Of a stretch of 64,000 nucleotides of DNA, positions 20,640 through 32,776 are shown in pieces (position 1 is the first letter of the stretch; each line of letters begins with the position of its first letter). Position numbers and translations under genes: made by a program. The DNA lies in the NCBI GenBank assembly GCA_963665775.2, contig CAXXTF010000002.1, positions 96,001 to 160,000 of the forward strand, given 5' to 3'. The DNA is from Dehalococcoidia bacterium. GTDB taxonomy: Bacteria > Chloroflexota > Dehalococcoidia > SM23-28-2 > RBG-16-64-32. Below the pieces are notes generated by a model that did not search any database, was not told the origin of the DNA, and worked only from the letters and a program-made list of their open reading frames with translations.

Positions 20640-22190
20640 CAAAATCAAGAACCGAGGCCGATTCCGATGTCGCCCCGTCGCTCGGCATGGGCACGGTGTA
20701 CGTCAGCGTCGCCTCGTCTCCGACCACCTCGATGCCCTCGACGAAGTTGCGGATGAGCGCCTTGCGCTCGGGGAACGTCCCGTCCTTCAGGAAGTCCCGG
20801 AAGTCCGCAACGTACTTCACTATCTCCTCGGTGTTGGGAAGGGCAACCCTGCGCTGCTCAAGCTGGCGCTCGGCGTCGTCTCGCGCAGCCTCCAGCTGCT
20901 CCTCGCGGTGCCTCAGAGAGAAGATGCGGGGCGATAGGACCTCAAGGGTCAGCTCGCTCGTCTCAACGGCCTCGTAGAGCCTCTTAAGCCGCTTCCTCAC
21001 GTCGGATAGCTCCGCCTCTATGACCTCCAGCCTGCCGGATATCTCTCCGGCAATGGCGTCGATCTCCTCGGCCACCAGCGTCACAAGCGCCACGATGGTC
21101 TCCTCGTTGAGGATGCGCTCCCTGATCTTCTCCACCACGAACGTCTCCAACCTGGGGGCGTTCAGGTAGCGGGCGCTGCACGTCCCCGCTCCCTCCCTGA
21201 ACAGGGTGCCGCAGATGTAGTAGGCGAACTGGCCGCTCTTGGCTCCCTGGCCGGAGTAGGACTTGCCGCACACTCCGCACTTGAGCAGCCCGCTCAGCAG
21301 GAACTTGCTGCCCACTCTCGCGGGCCTCTGCACCTTCGGCGCGCGGTCCCGCATCGCCTGCTGCACGTCGTCGAACAGCTCCCTCGACACAAGCGCGGGC
21401 CACGCTCCCTCCACACGCACCGGGTCCTGGGCCTTCTCTCCCTTGCTGGTGCGGCCCCAGACGGCGGTGCCGGTGTAGGCTTCGTTGGTCAGCAGGTAGT
21501 GGAGTCCGCCCTTGTTCCAGCGCTTGCCCCTGTTGGTGATGCCCCTGCCGTTCAGGGCCTTGCATATCTCCTTCAGGCCGTTGCCCCGCAGGGAGCTCTC
21601 GAATATCTCCCTCACTACCGGTGCGGCGGCAGGATCGACCTCCAACGTGGGGCGCTCCTTCACCCCGTCGCTGATCTTCACCCGCTTGTAGCCGAAGGGG
21701 CGTTCGAGGCGAGGAAGAAGCCCCGTGAGGCGGCCTCCCGCATCCCACGCACGACGTCCTGGGCAAGATTTTCGCTGTAGAACTCGTCCACGCTCTCGAT
21801 GATGGCCTCCATGAGCTTGCCCGTGGGGGAGTCGTCAGCGTGCTCGGTGATGGACACCACCCTGATGCCCTTGCGCCGTAGCATGGACTTGAAGGCGACG
21901 GCGTGCTCGCGCTTCCTGGTGAAGCGGCTGAACTTCCAGACGAGAATTACGTCGAAGGGGGCCTTCGGCTGGCTGCCCTCCTCGATCATCTCCCTGAACT
22001 GGGGCCGGTCAGCCACGCGTCCGCTTTCGGCCTCGTCCACGTACTCGCGGGCTACGGAGTAGCCGTTGGACTTTGCGTAGTCCTTGAGTGCCCTGAGCTG
22101 GGCGGACACGGACAGGTCCACGTCCTGCCGGTCGCTGGATACCCTGGCGTAGAGCGCCGCCGGTGTGAGCGGCTGTAGGTGCTTCTTCAT
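20611..22190 (-). CDS. Large serine recombinase/integrase (1-nt frameshift near 21697 in a homopolymer)
   Basis: YARVSS catalytic Ser, FSRFTR, APFGY restored by one C, Zn ribbon LKCGVC. Confidence 0.9.
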
Positions 22191-22214
22191 TCTGTCCTCC
22201 TTGGCTATTGCTCT

Positions 22215-24017
22215 CTATTTAGTCTCGGTCCACTCATCTGAAGCTGGACCGGGCCATCTTTCTGACACGAGCTGGGCCATTCGTCGGCTTCTGCATCGAA
22301 TGGTTTTCTCGTCCCAAGAGGGCTGAGACAACAGCTCGTTGTTGAGTAACAGAACGGCGTACTTTTGGAGTTCGTCGCATTTGCTCGTCCACGGGTCGTT
22401 GGACATGGATGAGTTGAGTTTTTGGGTCGCGAGCGTGAGATTGCCAATTGAGTGGATGAGTGTGCTGCGTTGGTATGTCGCTGCATCCTCATCAAGGCCC
22501 TCTGGGAGTGGCCACTTCTCTTTGTCCCAACCTACCGGCATCAAGTGCTCTATTGTCAGATTTGGCGGTACGTTAGTCTGTTCAGACTTTCCCGAGGAAC
22601 GCAACCGGCGCTCAACGCCTTCGAGCACCAATCGTAGCCTGCCCCTGGTCAGCAGGCGATAGAGCGGAGAAGACTCCAGGGCATCGGCCACGGCTTCGTC
22701 GCTGGGTCATTCCCTGGCGTATGCAGTCTGCTCTTTCAGGAATCCGGCGGTAACTGTGTCGGCCTCGCCCAGTCCACTCTCCCGCAAGCGGCTGGCCAGT
22801 TCCAGGACTAGCCTGTTGTAGTCCTTCGTGGTCTGACGGCAAATCATCCTACGGACCAGGAAGCTCTCCAAGGCATTGAAGGCCCTGATGCGCGTTCCTT
22901 CTTCAGCTGACAGGAGCAGCAGAAGTACGGGGGTGATCACGCGGGCCTGCATGACATCCACATGGTAGCAGAACGACTTCTCCTCGGGACTGCGGCCTCT
23001 GGTCGATTCGAAATCACGGTAGTGCACCAGATCTTGCTTGACCTCCGCCATCACTACGTGAACCTCCTGGCCATCAACGTAGCTGCGGAACACGTCAAAC
23101 ACCCTTGTTGGCGAGACCTCCGAACCGGTGCGCATCGCCAGCCAGTAGTTGAGGAGCATGTCCAAGCGCGGCCTGAACAGGCGGCCTTGTCTGACCTCCC
23201 TCCACCACCACCCATCGTCCAAGTTGCCCCAGATGTCACCCTGCCGGTCTCGCTCCCGGGAGAGAACATAGTTCTTGATGAGGTCGGACTGTTCAAGCGG
23301 AGTGCCACGAGCATTTAAGGTCTCGAATATGAGATTCGGATCGTCCTGAGAGCCGAGGTCAATCACAACCATCTGGAGCATCGACGTTGCCGCAGCCTCA
23401 AGTGCATCGATCCTGTGTTCAATTGGTCCTGCCGCGTCTTGAAGCCATTTGCGAACTTGTAGTTGGAAGAACTCGTGCGCTTGGACAATCAGCGACTCTT
23501 CGAAGTCGTTTACGGCGAGTCCATTGTCCATGGCGTGCCTGAACGCTTCCCTGTCGCCCCTGGTGGGCCACAGCTTGAAGATGTGAAGCCTATCGTCCCC
23601 AATGAGTTCTTCGTCGTTGGTAACAAGCTTGGCCAGACGCCTTGCGACTCTCTTGAGGTATGGTTGGTCTGACTCTTCGCAAATCTGTTGAATGGCATCC
23701 AGAAGAAGTTGCAGTGTTGTCACACTCTGTTGGCCGTCAATCACTTCACGCTGGTCGATATCCTTTGCCGCCGTGGGGACCTGCTTGAGAACGACGGCGT
23801 CCAGGAAGTGCGGACTTGTTTTCTGCTCCGCTTCGACTCCGTCGTCACCCGAGCGCTCCAGTTCCTCAAGATAGTTTTCGGCCACGTTGCGGACATCTTC
23901 CCAGAGCGGTTCCCATTGGTCGTCCTGGGACCAAACGTAGGGACGCTGGAAAGGCGGGATGGTGTAGCGGACCTCTTTCTGGAAGAGGTCTTTAGGAGTG
24001 AGAATGTCCGTGTGCAT
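22215..24017 (-). pseudogene. GmrSD-type (DUF262-DUF1524) protein with in-frame TGA at 22707-22709
   Basis: PPFQRPYVW, IDGQQS, IFETLNARG, TIEHLMP, IGNLTL; both ORFs in one frame (ARE*PSDE). Confidence 0.88.
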
Positions 24018-24071
24018 CAGGACCTCCTGTATATTCTTGGACTTCCATGGTGGCTAACGTTCTCTCTGCCT

Positions 24072-24407
24072 CTATTCATTCACCAGGACGTCGATCGTGG
24101 TGCCAAGCGCATTGGCGATGCGGGCCAAGGCCGAGGTCGATCCCGGTTTTAGCCCACGCTCAATCTCGGAGATGTACCCTGCGGCGACACCTGTTTTCTC
24201 GGACAGTTCCCTCAGAGTGATGCCTTGGTGGTTCCGAAACGCCAGGATGGGACCCTTCCCTCGCATAATGTCGAGAGCGACCTCGTGGGAAACACGCACG
24301 CCGTCGTCAGCGTCCTGGGCGGCCAGCGTGTCCTCAAGCTGGCTGTTGCGCTCGATGAGAGCGTCGTACTCCCTTCGAGTCAAGGTGATGGTCTCTTCGC
24401 TAGTCAT
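24072..24407 (-). CDS. XRE-HTH antitoxin
   Basis: ITLRELSEKTGVAAGYISEIERG; overlaps the toxin stop. Confidence 0.85.
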   Translation of the reverse strand: MTSEETITLTRREYDALIERNSQLEDTLAAQDADDGVRVSHEVALDIMRGKGPILAFRNHQGITLRELSEKTGVAAGYISEIERGLKPGSTSALARIANALGTTIDVLVNE

Positions 24408-24657
24408 AAGCCTCCCTCCTGTGTCGAACTCTCAGGACTATCAGGGTTGAGGGCTCGCCATGTTGAGTGGTGAAGATGACGCGGTGGTGGCCGACTCTCA
24501 ACCGCCTGTAGTCGCTGCCAGTCAGTGCAGTGACCTGCCTAGCAAGCGAAGTGGGGTTCTCGGCATACTGCTCAATCTTGGCGATGATCCGCTCTCTGTC
24601 TCGTGCGGCAAGGCGGCGCATATCCCTGATCGCCCGCGTCCCCCATTCGATTTGCAT
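24400..24657 (-). CDS. RelE/ParE-family toxin
   Basis: AIRDMRRL, YRRLRVGHHRVIF, VRHRREAY. Confidence 0.88.
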   Translation of the reverse strand: MQIEWGTRAIRDMRRLAARDRERIIAKIEQYAENPTSLARQVTALTGSDYRRLRVGHHRVIFTTQHGEPSTLIVLRVRHRREAYD

Positions 24658-24848
24658 TCTCTCATACACACACTCTATTTTCTCATTTGGAGAACAGGTC
24701 GTCAAGGGAGGATATCCGGTGCTGGGACCAGGGTAGCGCTGAATCTGGCTGCCGAGCGCGCAGGTGGAAGCGGGCGACGATGCACAACCTAAGTCGCACC
24801 CTCTCTCGTTCTCGGTGGGAGTATGCCCCGCGATCTACGCTCCGCAGT

Positions 24849-26121
24849 TGACCTGCCCCCCTAAACGCTACCACAGGCTATGTTAGTGTGGCCATCGCCG
24901 TAGTCTCCAGGGATGGCGCGGTGGAGCCCGGCCATGGCACGATCGCTTGCGGTGCTGGCGGCCGGTAGCCGAGAGCGCTATGCGGGCGCACCTCGTTGTA
25001 GTTCCGTCGCCACCGCTCGCAGAGGACCTGTGCTTCCAGCACCGTGTCGAACACCTCCCCATTCAATAGTTCATCACGTAGCTTCCCATTGAACGACTCG
25101 ATGTAGCCGTTCTCCCAGGGGCTCCCGGGCTCGATATACAGAGTCTGCACGCCTACCCGCTCTAGCCAGGTCCGGAGCGCACGTGCCGTGAACTCTGGCC
25201 CGTTGTCCGAGCGCAGGTAGCGAGGCGTCCCGCGCTCGACGAAGAGCTGGGCCAGCTCTGCCAGCACGTCATCACTGGTGATCTGCCTCGCCACCTGGAT
25301 AGCCAGGCACTCCCTTGTGAACTCGTCCAGCACCGTCAAGAGCCGCAGGGGACGGCCGTCGCTGGTGCTGGTAAACACGAAGTCGTAGCTCCAGACGTGG
25401 TTGGGCTCAGTCGGCCTGAGCCTAACGCAGGAGCCATCGGTCAGCCATAGCCGCCTCCGCTTCGGCTGCTTCGCCGGCACCTTCAGCCCTTCCCGCCGCC
25501 AGAGTCGCTCTACCCGCTTGTGGTTCACCCGAAAATCCTCCTCTCGCAGCAGGGCGGTCACCCGTCGGTAACCGTAGCGCCCGTACTCGGTCGCTAGCTC
25601 CACCATCCGCCTCAGCAGCCTCCCTTCATCGTCGGGAGGAGAACCCCACCGCCGCTGCGTCGATCGCTCCTGCCCCAGAACCTGGCAGGCCCGGCGCTCC
25701 GAGACGACCGCGTGGCCCAACGCATTCCGCACCCAGGCCACCGCCTGCCGTCTCTTCGCCGGGCTCAGAAGTCTCCCTGCACCGCCTCCTTAAGGATGGC
25801 GTTGTCCAGGGAGAGGTTTGCTACCAGCTTCTTCAGCCGCAGGTTCTCCTGCTCCAGCTCCCGCAGCCGCTTGGCCTGCTCCCTCCTCAGGCCGCCATAC
25901 TCCTTCCGCCAGCGGTAGTAGGTCTGCTCTGCCACGCCCAGCTTCCTGCAGACCTCTGGCACGGCCAGGCCCTTAGCCAGCCCAACCTCCGCCTCCCTCA
26001 ACTTGTTGATGATCTCCTCTGCCGTGTGACGCTGCCTGCCCAAGCCTTCTGCCCCCTTTCTCTGGTCCAGAACCCCTGATTACTAACATTGGGCCTGGAC
26101 TCGTTTTCGGGGGCAAGGTCA
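24849..26121 (-). mobile_element. IS3-family element, copy 2 (intact orfA, altered slippery site)
   Basis: 1273 bp, same IRs; orfA 26043-25765 open; GGGAGAC in place of GGGAAAC. Confidence 0.95.
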
Positions 26122-27558
26122 TTTATGCTCGGGCGACCAGTAGTAGCTCGTGTAGGGGTTCAGGCGGGCCATGACTCCCCTGGGGTGACGGGCTCGTAGC
26201 TCGTACTCGAGGTAGAACGGTATCTCAAGGCCCTCTGCGGTCATCTGCCCCACGGCGTCCGGGGCGATGGCGGAATCGCCCCAGTTGTAGGCCCGGTCGG
26301 ACCTGGCGGTGGGGACGGACCACAGCAACTCGCTGTCGGGGTCGTCCCTGGTCTCGGCCTCCAGCTTCGAGAGGAACCACGTGATGCTGTCGGCGTGCTT
26401 CGTCTGACGAGCCCACGTGTCAATGCGGTGGCCAAGGTGTCGCCGTCGGCTCTGCCGGTCTGTCGTGAGGGCCGTGCTCCAGATGCCCTGCGTCGTGGGA
26501 AGCTGGGCGCGGTCCCGGTGGGTGACGTAGCGGATGCCCTCGGCTGACAGGGTATAGCGGGTGTCGCCGCGTTTTCCTCGACGCTCGACAAGGCCCCAGG
26601 TGTTCACGAGGCTGCGGATCATCTGGCTCACTCGCCCCTCAGAGACGCCGAGCCAGTTGGCAAGGTGCTCACGGGGGATCATCGGGTGGTCGGTCACTAG
26701 GTCAAGCGTCCGCTTCTCAGCCGGGCTGACGCCAAACGTCGGCGCAGCCTGCGCCATCCCCTCAGGGTGGGGAATTGATGCCCGCTTCCGCTCCGGCGAT
26801 TGAGTGCGAAGCGCTCTTCCGGGGCTGCCGTGGGAGCTGACGGCCTCCAGCGAAAAGAACCTGCTGCCGATCACCCACGAGGTGCAACACCAGAGGCGAA
26901 GGTCCCGTCTTTCCAGCGCGTCCCTCGACTCCACGGCGACGTAGCAGTCGCGAAGGTTCCGTTCCTCGCAGAACCTCGTCGTCAGCCTCTGCTCCCAGAT
27001 GCTGGGCATCAGGATCAGGATGGTGTCGGGCCGGCGGGTGTAGTCGTATTCCGCTATGGCCCGCAGCCGGTCGTAGAGCGACCGGCGACGCAGGGCCAGT
27101 CCCTGGCGCACCACGCCAAAGCTGCGGCCGTCGTGCAGGGTGATGGTAGCGTCGAACCGGCCTTTGCGGTAGAACTCCACGTGGGACCGGAGGCCGTCGA
27201 CGCCGGGGGACATTGAGGCGGCGAGTCGGTAGACGGTGGCCACCGCGTCCATCCGGCGGATCAGCAACGCGAGCCACTCCCGCGACACCGGGTAGGCTCG
27301 CACGAAGTCCGAAGGCGTCTTAAAGCCGAGTATCGCGGCGGCCTCGCGGATGCCCTTGGCCGTCAGGTAGTATCTCCGGCTCGAAGGCAGTTGGGCGGTG
27401 CCGTGACTCACCCTCCCAACAATGCGATCAGACAGCAGGCCGGTCAGGGCGCGGTGGACGGTCGCGTGGGCCTCGCCCAGGATGCCCGCCAGTTCCGCCG
27501 AGTCGACGAAGGGCATCCCGCTGAGGTAATGGAGTAACTCTCGGTCAGTAAGGGACAT
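26122..27558 (-). pseudogene. Replication-relaxation-like protein with duplicated wHTH + PD-(D/E)xK modules, C-terminus cut by IS3
   Basis: Two wHTH units (RYYLTAKGI, RYTLSAEGI); IAPDAVG...FYLEYE; stop codon supplied by the IS end. Confidence 0.7.
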
Positions 27559-27657
27559 GTGTCGAGCCTAGCAAAGGATTGGCATAGTGCGCAGCCAGCG
27601 CATGTCAATGTTGTCGAGCCGCTTGCGTAACTATTGTGTTAATGTTACTATTTGAGT

Positions 27658-28935
27658 ATGCCCAGACTATCAATGCTACAGATGATGCTCCTTGAAGAGC
27701 TTCAGTCAGCACCAGCCAAGTCCGTGACAGAGCTCGCCTCGCGAGTGGGCAAGCTCCGCCCGTCCGTCAGTCGCTCCCTAAAGCTGCTACAGCAACATGC
27801 GCTGGTGACTTACGAAGATAGCGAGTGGCGTGCCACTCGTCCTGGTCAAGCTGAATCAGACCGCGCCAAGCAGAAACTAAAGGATATGGAAGCGCAACTT
27901 CAGCGCACCTTCCGAGCCCTAACTCCGCGCGTTTCCATGCCCGTGATAGCACCGGAGACATTCCGCACTATCAAGACACTATCCTCGAGAATGGAGTCCA
28001 TTCTATCGAATCTGTTGACTACCAGTGAGGTCACACGCGCAGGTGCACTTGCACTTAGTCAACTCCATGTGTCCCACACCGAGGCGATCCGACGCGCAAT
28101 TGAACCTCTAGCCCAGTCGCAGATCCAAAGCGCCGCTCTTATCAAGGCTGCGATGGGCACTCAGCTCTTGCCGGACTTCGCGTCTCTTATGCAGACCTAC
28201 AACCGACACTTGGCGAACGCAATCGACGACAGCCTTGCACTCCGAAATCTCTCACTGTCCCGTATCCCGGAACTCCCTGTGGCACGGCTTGGCAGCTTTA
28301 CTCCCCTATCAGTCCATTTTCCAGCAATCACGGAAGCAGTGGAGGCCTTGAGCCGAGAGTTACCATCCCATATTGCAACTCTAAACAGGATGTCGCTGCC
28401 CGAGCATACGCTGGTCTCCGTGTTAGTGCCACCCACGGCAACGGCGGCCTACAGCAGGTCAATGCGTCTCTGGATAGAGGAAGACTCAGGAACTAGCCCT
28501 CCTGAGTCATATCTGCTTGAAAATCCGCACGCCCTAATACATCTGGGCCTCTCAGCGCTCGGTCCGGGATTCGTCGAAAAGCACCAAGGCGCCTGGAATG
28601 CCTTCCGGCAGGGCGGCCCCGACTCTCTTCGGCACGCTGCGGTATCAATGCGTGAACTGATTCGAATGTTCTTCAAACAATTGGCACCGGACCAGGACTT
28701 GGAAGAGAAAGATTCAACTCGCCTCAAGGCCAGGGTTCGTCACATTCTCCAAGGCAGCGGCAGTGGCGCTCAGTTCGTAACGCACATGGCCTTGGGTCTT
28801 GATGGGTTATTCGACCGGCTGAATGCTTACACCCATGGGGATGAGACGGACAAATCCGCTCTGCAAGGGATAATGATTGCTGCGGACGGGGTGTTGCTCT
28901 TCGTTCTCCACAATGTCCATCGTTCCTCCGAGTAG
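27658..28935 (+). CDS. N-terminal wHTH with C-terminal HEPN-like domain (resembles predicted pPIWI-associating nuclease)
   Basis: SVTELASRVGKLRPSVSRSL; PDSLRHAAVSMREL...LAPD...RLNAYTHG (Rx5H). Confidence 0.6.
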   Translation: MPRLSMLQMMLLEELQSAPAKSVTELASRVGKLRPSVSRSLKLLQQHALVTYEDSEWRATRPGQAESDRAKQKLKDMEAQLQRTFRALTPRVSMPVIAPETFRTIKTLSSRMESILSNLLTTSEVTRAGALALSQLHVSHTEAIRRAIEPLAQSQIQSAALIKAAMGTQLLPDFASLMQTYNRHLANAIDDSLALRNLSLSRIPELPVARLGSFTPLSVHFPAITEAVEALSRELPSHIATLNRMSLPEHTLVSVLVPPTATAAYSRSMRLWIEEDSGTSPPESYLLENPHALIHLGLSALGPGFVEKHQGAWNAFRQGGPDSLRHAAVSMRELIRMFFKQLAPDQDLEEKDSTRLKARVRHILQGSGSGAQFVTHMALGLDGLFDRLNAYTHGDETDKSALQGIMIAADGVLLFVLHNVHRSSE

Positions 28936-29094
28936 CGTCACTATTGCCCCCGCTGCCTACTGCGGAGGCAGGGCTGGTAAGATATAACCCTATGTGTTCA
29001 AGCAGATCAGAGGTGATATGGCCCAAAGGTATAGCTCCTGCTCAAGATGCTGGGAATCCTAGTCGAGCAGAGGCGCAAGCCAGCTTCGGCGCTC

Positions 29095-32000
29095 CTACCC
29101 GCCCGCTAGCAGCCTTCTCACAGGGTTCTCGACGGCCTTGCGTACGGTTTGGCCTTCGGTCGATTCGCGTAGCCATCTTCGCAGCTCCCGACGGGCGATG
29201 GTCACAGTTAGCCTGTCTCCACGCTGCTCCCTGAGCTCTTCCAACTTCTTTCCCGCTCTGGCTGCTGCCGTTGCCCCGGCCTCAGCGATGGCGGCGTGTA
29301 ACTCCTGTGCCGGGTCGAACTCCGGGATAGGCAACTTCCAGAGGTGTTTATGAAGATCGCGGGCTCCGAATTGACCCTTCGACATCAACGGTCTCACAGC
29401 TTCTTGCAGGACGTCGCTATTGATGACAGCCAAGAGGTAGTTGGCTTCGTCGATGGTCCTGCACGGAATCCAGTAGAGAAGATGGTCAACCAGTGGCCCG
29501 CTGTCGTGAAGCAACGCAGCCGTCGGCTCCCCAGACTTGGTGTACACCACCCGCACCGGCCTGTCGCCTGCATCTTGCTGCCACTCCAGTTGTGACGAAA
29601 GGTTGCGCACGTAGTCCAGCCTCTCCAACAGCTTCAGCCTGTTGGCCAGAGCCTTGTTGTCCTCCCACAAGCGGCTGACCATCTGCCAGCGCTCCCGCAT
29701 CCGCCGTTCCAGCCCTCCCAGCCGGATGCCGCCGGGACCGTCGTCATCGGTGGGAATAGCGATGTCGCCCCGCTTCAGCGGCAACAGCACCTTCAGAGGT
29801 TCCAGAGTGACATAAGGGGCGATGGTCTCCCCCAGATGCATATCGAACAGATGCCGGTTCTCCACGGTCTGCCCGGTGATGGCGGTCAGGTCCAGGTCTT
29901 TCCACGGAGCCTTGTCCTGGCTGCCCTGCCGGGGGTTCACTGTGACCGTGGGCGCTGCCTGCACGACCGCGGTGTTCTCTGTTTCGTTGACGAAGAACAG
30001 GCAGCGCGGGACGATGGTCGCACCCTGCCGGGAATGACCGCCATAGGGGGACTCTCCAGCCGCGCCGGTGTCAGTGATGACTGTGGACTCCCTCCGCACG
30101 TCGTCGGCTCCCGCCTTCCCCTGCCACCGCTCGACAGAGCCTTCCAAGGGCTTGCCTGAGGCGTCTTGGGAGACCTTGCGGGCGAAGACCACAGAGGCGG
30201 GTATTGGGAAGAAGCTATTGGGTTCCAGCTGTTCCAGGTCCCAGGCCGGTTTGAGGGTAAAGTCCACCGGGACGCTTGTTCCTGACTTGCCTGCCCGCCA
30301 CTGGCCCCTGCGCCACTTGGAGTACTGCCCGGCTTGTAAAGCGCTGTGGGGCAGTACGAAGCCGATGACGCCCCCGTTCTTCAGGTACAGGTCAACGCTG
30401 CGGGTGAAGAACAGCCCCGCAACGTCCTGGTGGGTGGCGTAGCGGCCTCCAGCCCATATGCCATAGCGGTTTCGGCTCAGGTTCTGCAACTCGTCCCGCA
30501 GGATATCGGCGGTCTGGTTGTAGTTGATCCAGGGCGGGTTGCCGATCACCACGTCCATCTTGGAGCGCGACAGCACAACCGGGCGCACCATGTTGCGGGC
30601 GTAGTAGGCCCAGATGTGGTTGCGTCCCCGGTCGTGGAGCCGCTTCATGGTTGCTATGGTGTTGCCGACGACTTGTCGCTCGGTAGGGTCGTTGACGCGG
30701 TTGTCGTCCAGGGCCAGGAAGGGGTCGTCTCCCCGCTTGATGGAGGCCGAAACGTGCCCCATCAAGGCGTCGAAGGTCTCGGCCCGTTCCATAAGGCTGA
30801 CGGGAAAGACCAACTCGGTGTTTCCCTCATCCTCTACTTGGACCGTGACGTTGTGCTCGGCGAACATGTCGCCTGCCCGGAAACGCAGTTGCAGGGCGTC
30901 GCCCAGGTAGACGGGGATGGACAGAGATGCGTCGTATCCGGCGGTGCCTGCGGCGTTGATGGCCGGTCGAGCGGCCAGGGTCCATGCGGCCCGCGCCAGG
31001 TGCACCGCCACCGGGTGAACGTCGATGCCGGTGACTGCCTCCCGCAGCCTGTTGAGGACTTGCCTAGGTTCCCAGTTGGCTTTTTCCGCGGCGGCGATGA
31101 AGTGGGACACCGCCTCTGCCACGAAGGTTCCGGAGCCGCAGGCCGGGTCCAGCACACGCTGGTTCAGCGGGTCGGCGATCAGTTTCCGGACCATGACTCG
31201 GGCCAGCCATGCGGGGGTGTAGTACTCCCCCAACTGACGCCGCTCCTCCGGCGGGATGACGGACTCGTAGAGGGTTGCGGCGGTGTCCGGCGGGGCCTCC
31301 GCCCACTCGAACCGGGCCACCCGGCGGGCCAGGGTTTGCAGCAGCGGGCTGCCTCCAACCTCGTTGGGCCATGCGAAGAAGTCCGACTCCAGCACACCCT
31401 GCAACCCGGTGGCGCTATGCAACTCCCGGCCCTGGAGCAGGTCGGCGGGGTTGTTGGCTGCCAACCGGCGTATGTCGATGCCGAAGGAGGCCTGCACGAC
31501 CATGCCTATCACGGCACTCAGATAGGTGTGGCGGACGAACAGGTCGTCCATTTCCTCCGGGCCTACGCCGACCTTCTCCAACCTAGCGCGCGACTCCTCG
31601 CTCAATCCCTCCGGGGTGTAGGCGACTTCGCCCAGGGCGGTGCGCAGCAGGTCGTACCACAGCCGCCGCTTGACCCGGATGGTCTCCAAGTCGGCGTTCT
31701 CCTCGTAGAGGGCTTTCAGAGAGGCGATGTCGCGCTGATAGGAGGGGCTGTTCGGGCCGAAATCCCCAGAGATTCCCTCTCTATCGGGCCTAACCCCTTC
31801 AAGGGATACCAGGGCCGAATCCCGCAGCCACTCGTGGAGGGCGATTCAGTGATCCGGCTCCTCCAGGGTGAAGGCGTAGGGGCGGACAAGGCGCACCTCG
31901 CCTGCTCCGGGCCACCGCTTGCCGTCGGTGAGCACGCCCATCCGGACCCGGCCTGTTTTCTCCGATTGGGCCAGGTAGTCGTCCAGTTGCTCGACATACT

Positions 32001-32271
32001 GCGGGTTGGGTGCGCCACCGGAAGCCGTTCCGATGCGCCGCTTGAACTCGATGAAGGTGTCTAGGGCCGTCAGGTCAACGGCCCGTCGCGACGCGTCCGA
32101 AGGAGGGTTCTCCTCGACCATCTCCTCGCTGCGAGCCAAATCGGTGAGGATGAGAAAATCCCGCACCGCGCTAGTGATGTTGGCCTCGGCCTCGCCACGG
32201 TCGTGCCGTAGCAGTATCTGCTCTGCGGCGTTGCGGTATTTGGGGTCGCCGATGTCGATGTGGATTGCCAA
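29095..32271 (-). pseudogene. Type IIG-like fused restriction-modification enzyme, N-terminus frameshifted
   Basis: RAVDL..FIEFKR..QLDDY..LTDG nuclease part (31846-32271); LGEYYTP, DPACGSGTF, GNPPW; C-terminal LPIPEFD. Confidence 0.85.
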
Positions 32272-32317
32272 AGTCGTCCCCGGTTCGCTGCGATTCTCAG
32301 ATGGCGGACAGGCAGGT

Positions 32318-32776
32318 CTATCCTTCTCCGACGACGTGGATGGAACGCTCCCATTCTCCAATACGGGCAGGGTCTAGCCGATTTATGCCCTCCAATCGGT
32401 CGAAGTCCGTGTCCGCCGAGATGATGCGATTGGTTCCCAGTCGCTGCATCACCGCCGTATGCACTAGGTCATGGGCGCTGACACCGGGATGGCGGTCCGC
32501 CAACTCCGACGCCGAAAGAACGTCTTCCGCATGGACGGGTTCGATCCGGCCACTCATGGCCTCTACGAAGGCCCGAAGAACCTCCCGGCCCAGCTCCCAA
32601 CGCCTCGAAGCCAGGTAGCGGTGCATCATCTCCTGGAGGACCTCAGAGTTGGTTACGAGCGGCTGCGGCTCCTCGGCTGCCATCCGGAGAATCCGGGCAC
32701 ACGGTTCCTAATAGGGATGGTCCCCACCGGCGGCGTAGATGCGAACGTTGGCGTCAATGAAGACCGCCGGGCTCAT
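32318..32776 (-). pseudogene. vapC: VapC PIN toxin with in-frame TAG at 32708-32710
   Basis: MSPAVFIDANV...HPY*EPC in frame with EVLQE, DLVHTA, SADTDFD. Confidence 0.85.

Noticed and set aside
30346-32064. Long antisense ORFs (also 34394-35821, 45643-46779, 62144-63313)
   Set aside because: Shadow frames opposite well-supported GC-rich genes, with no motifs.
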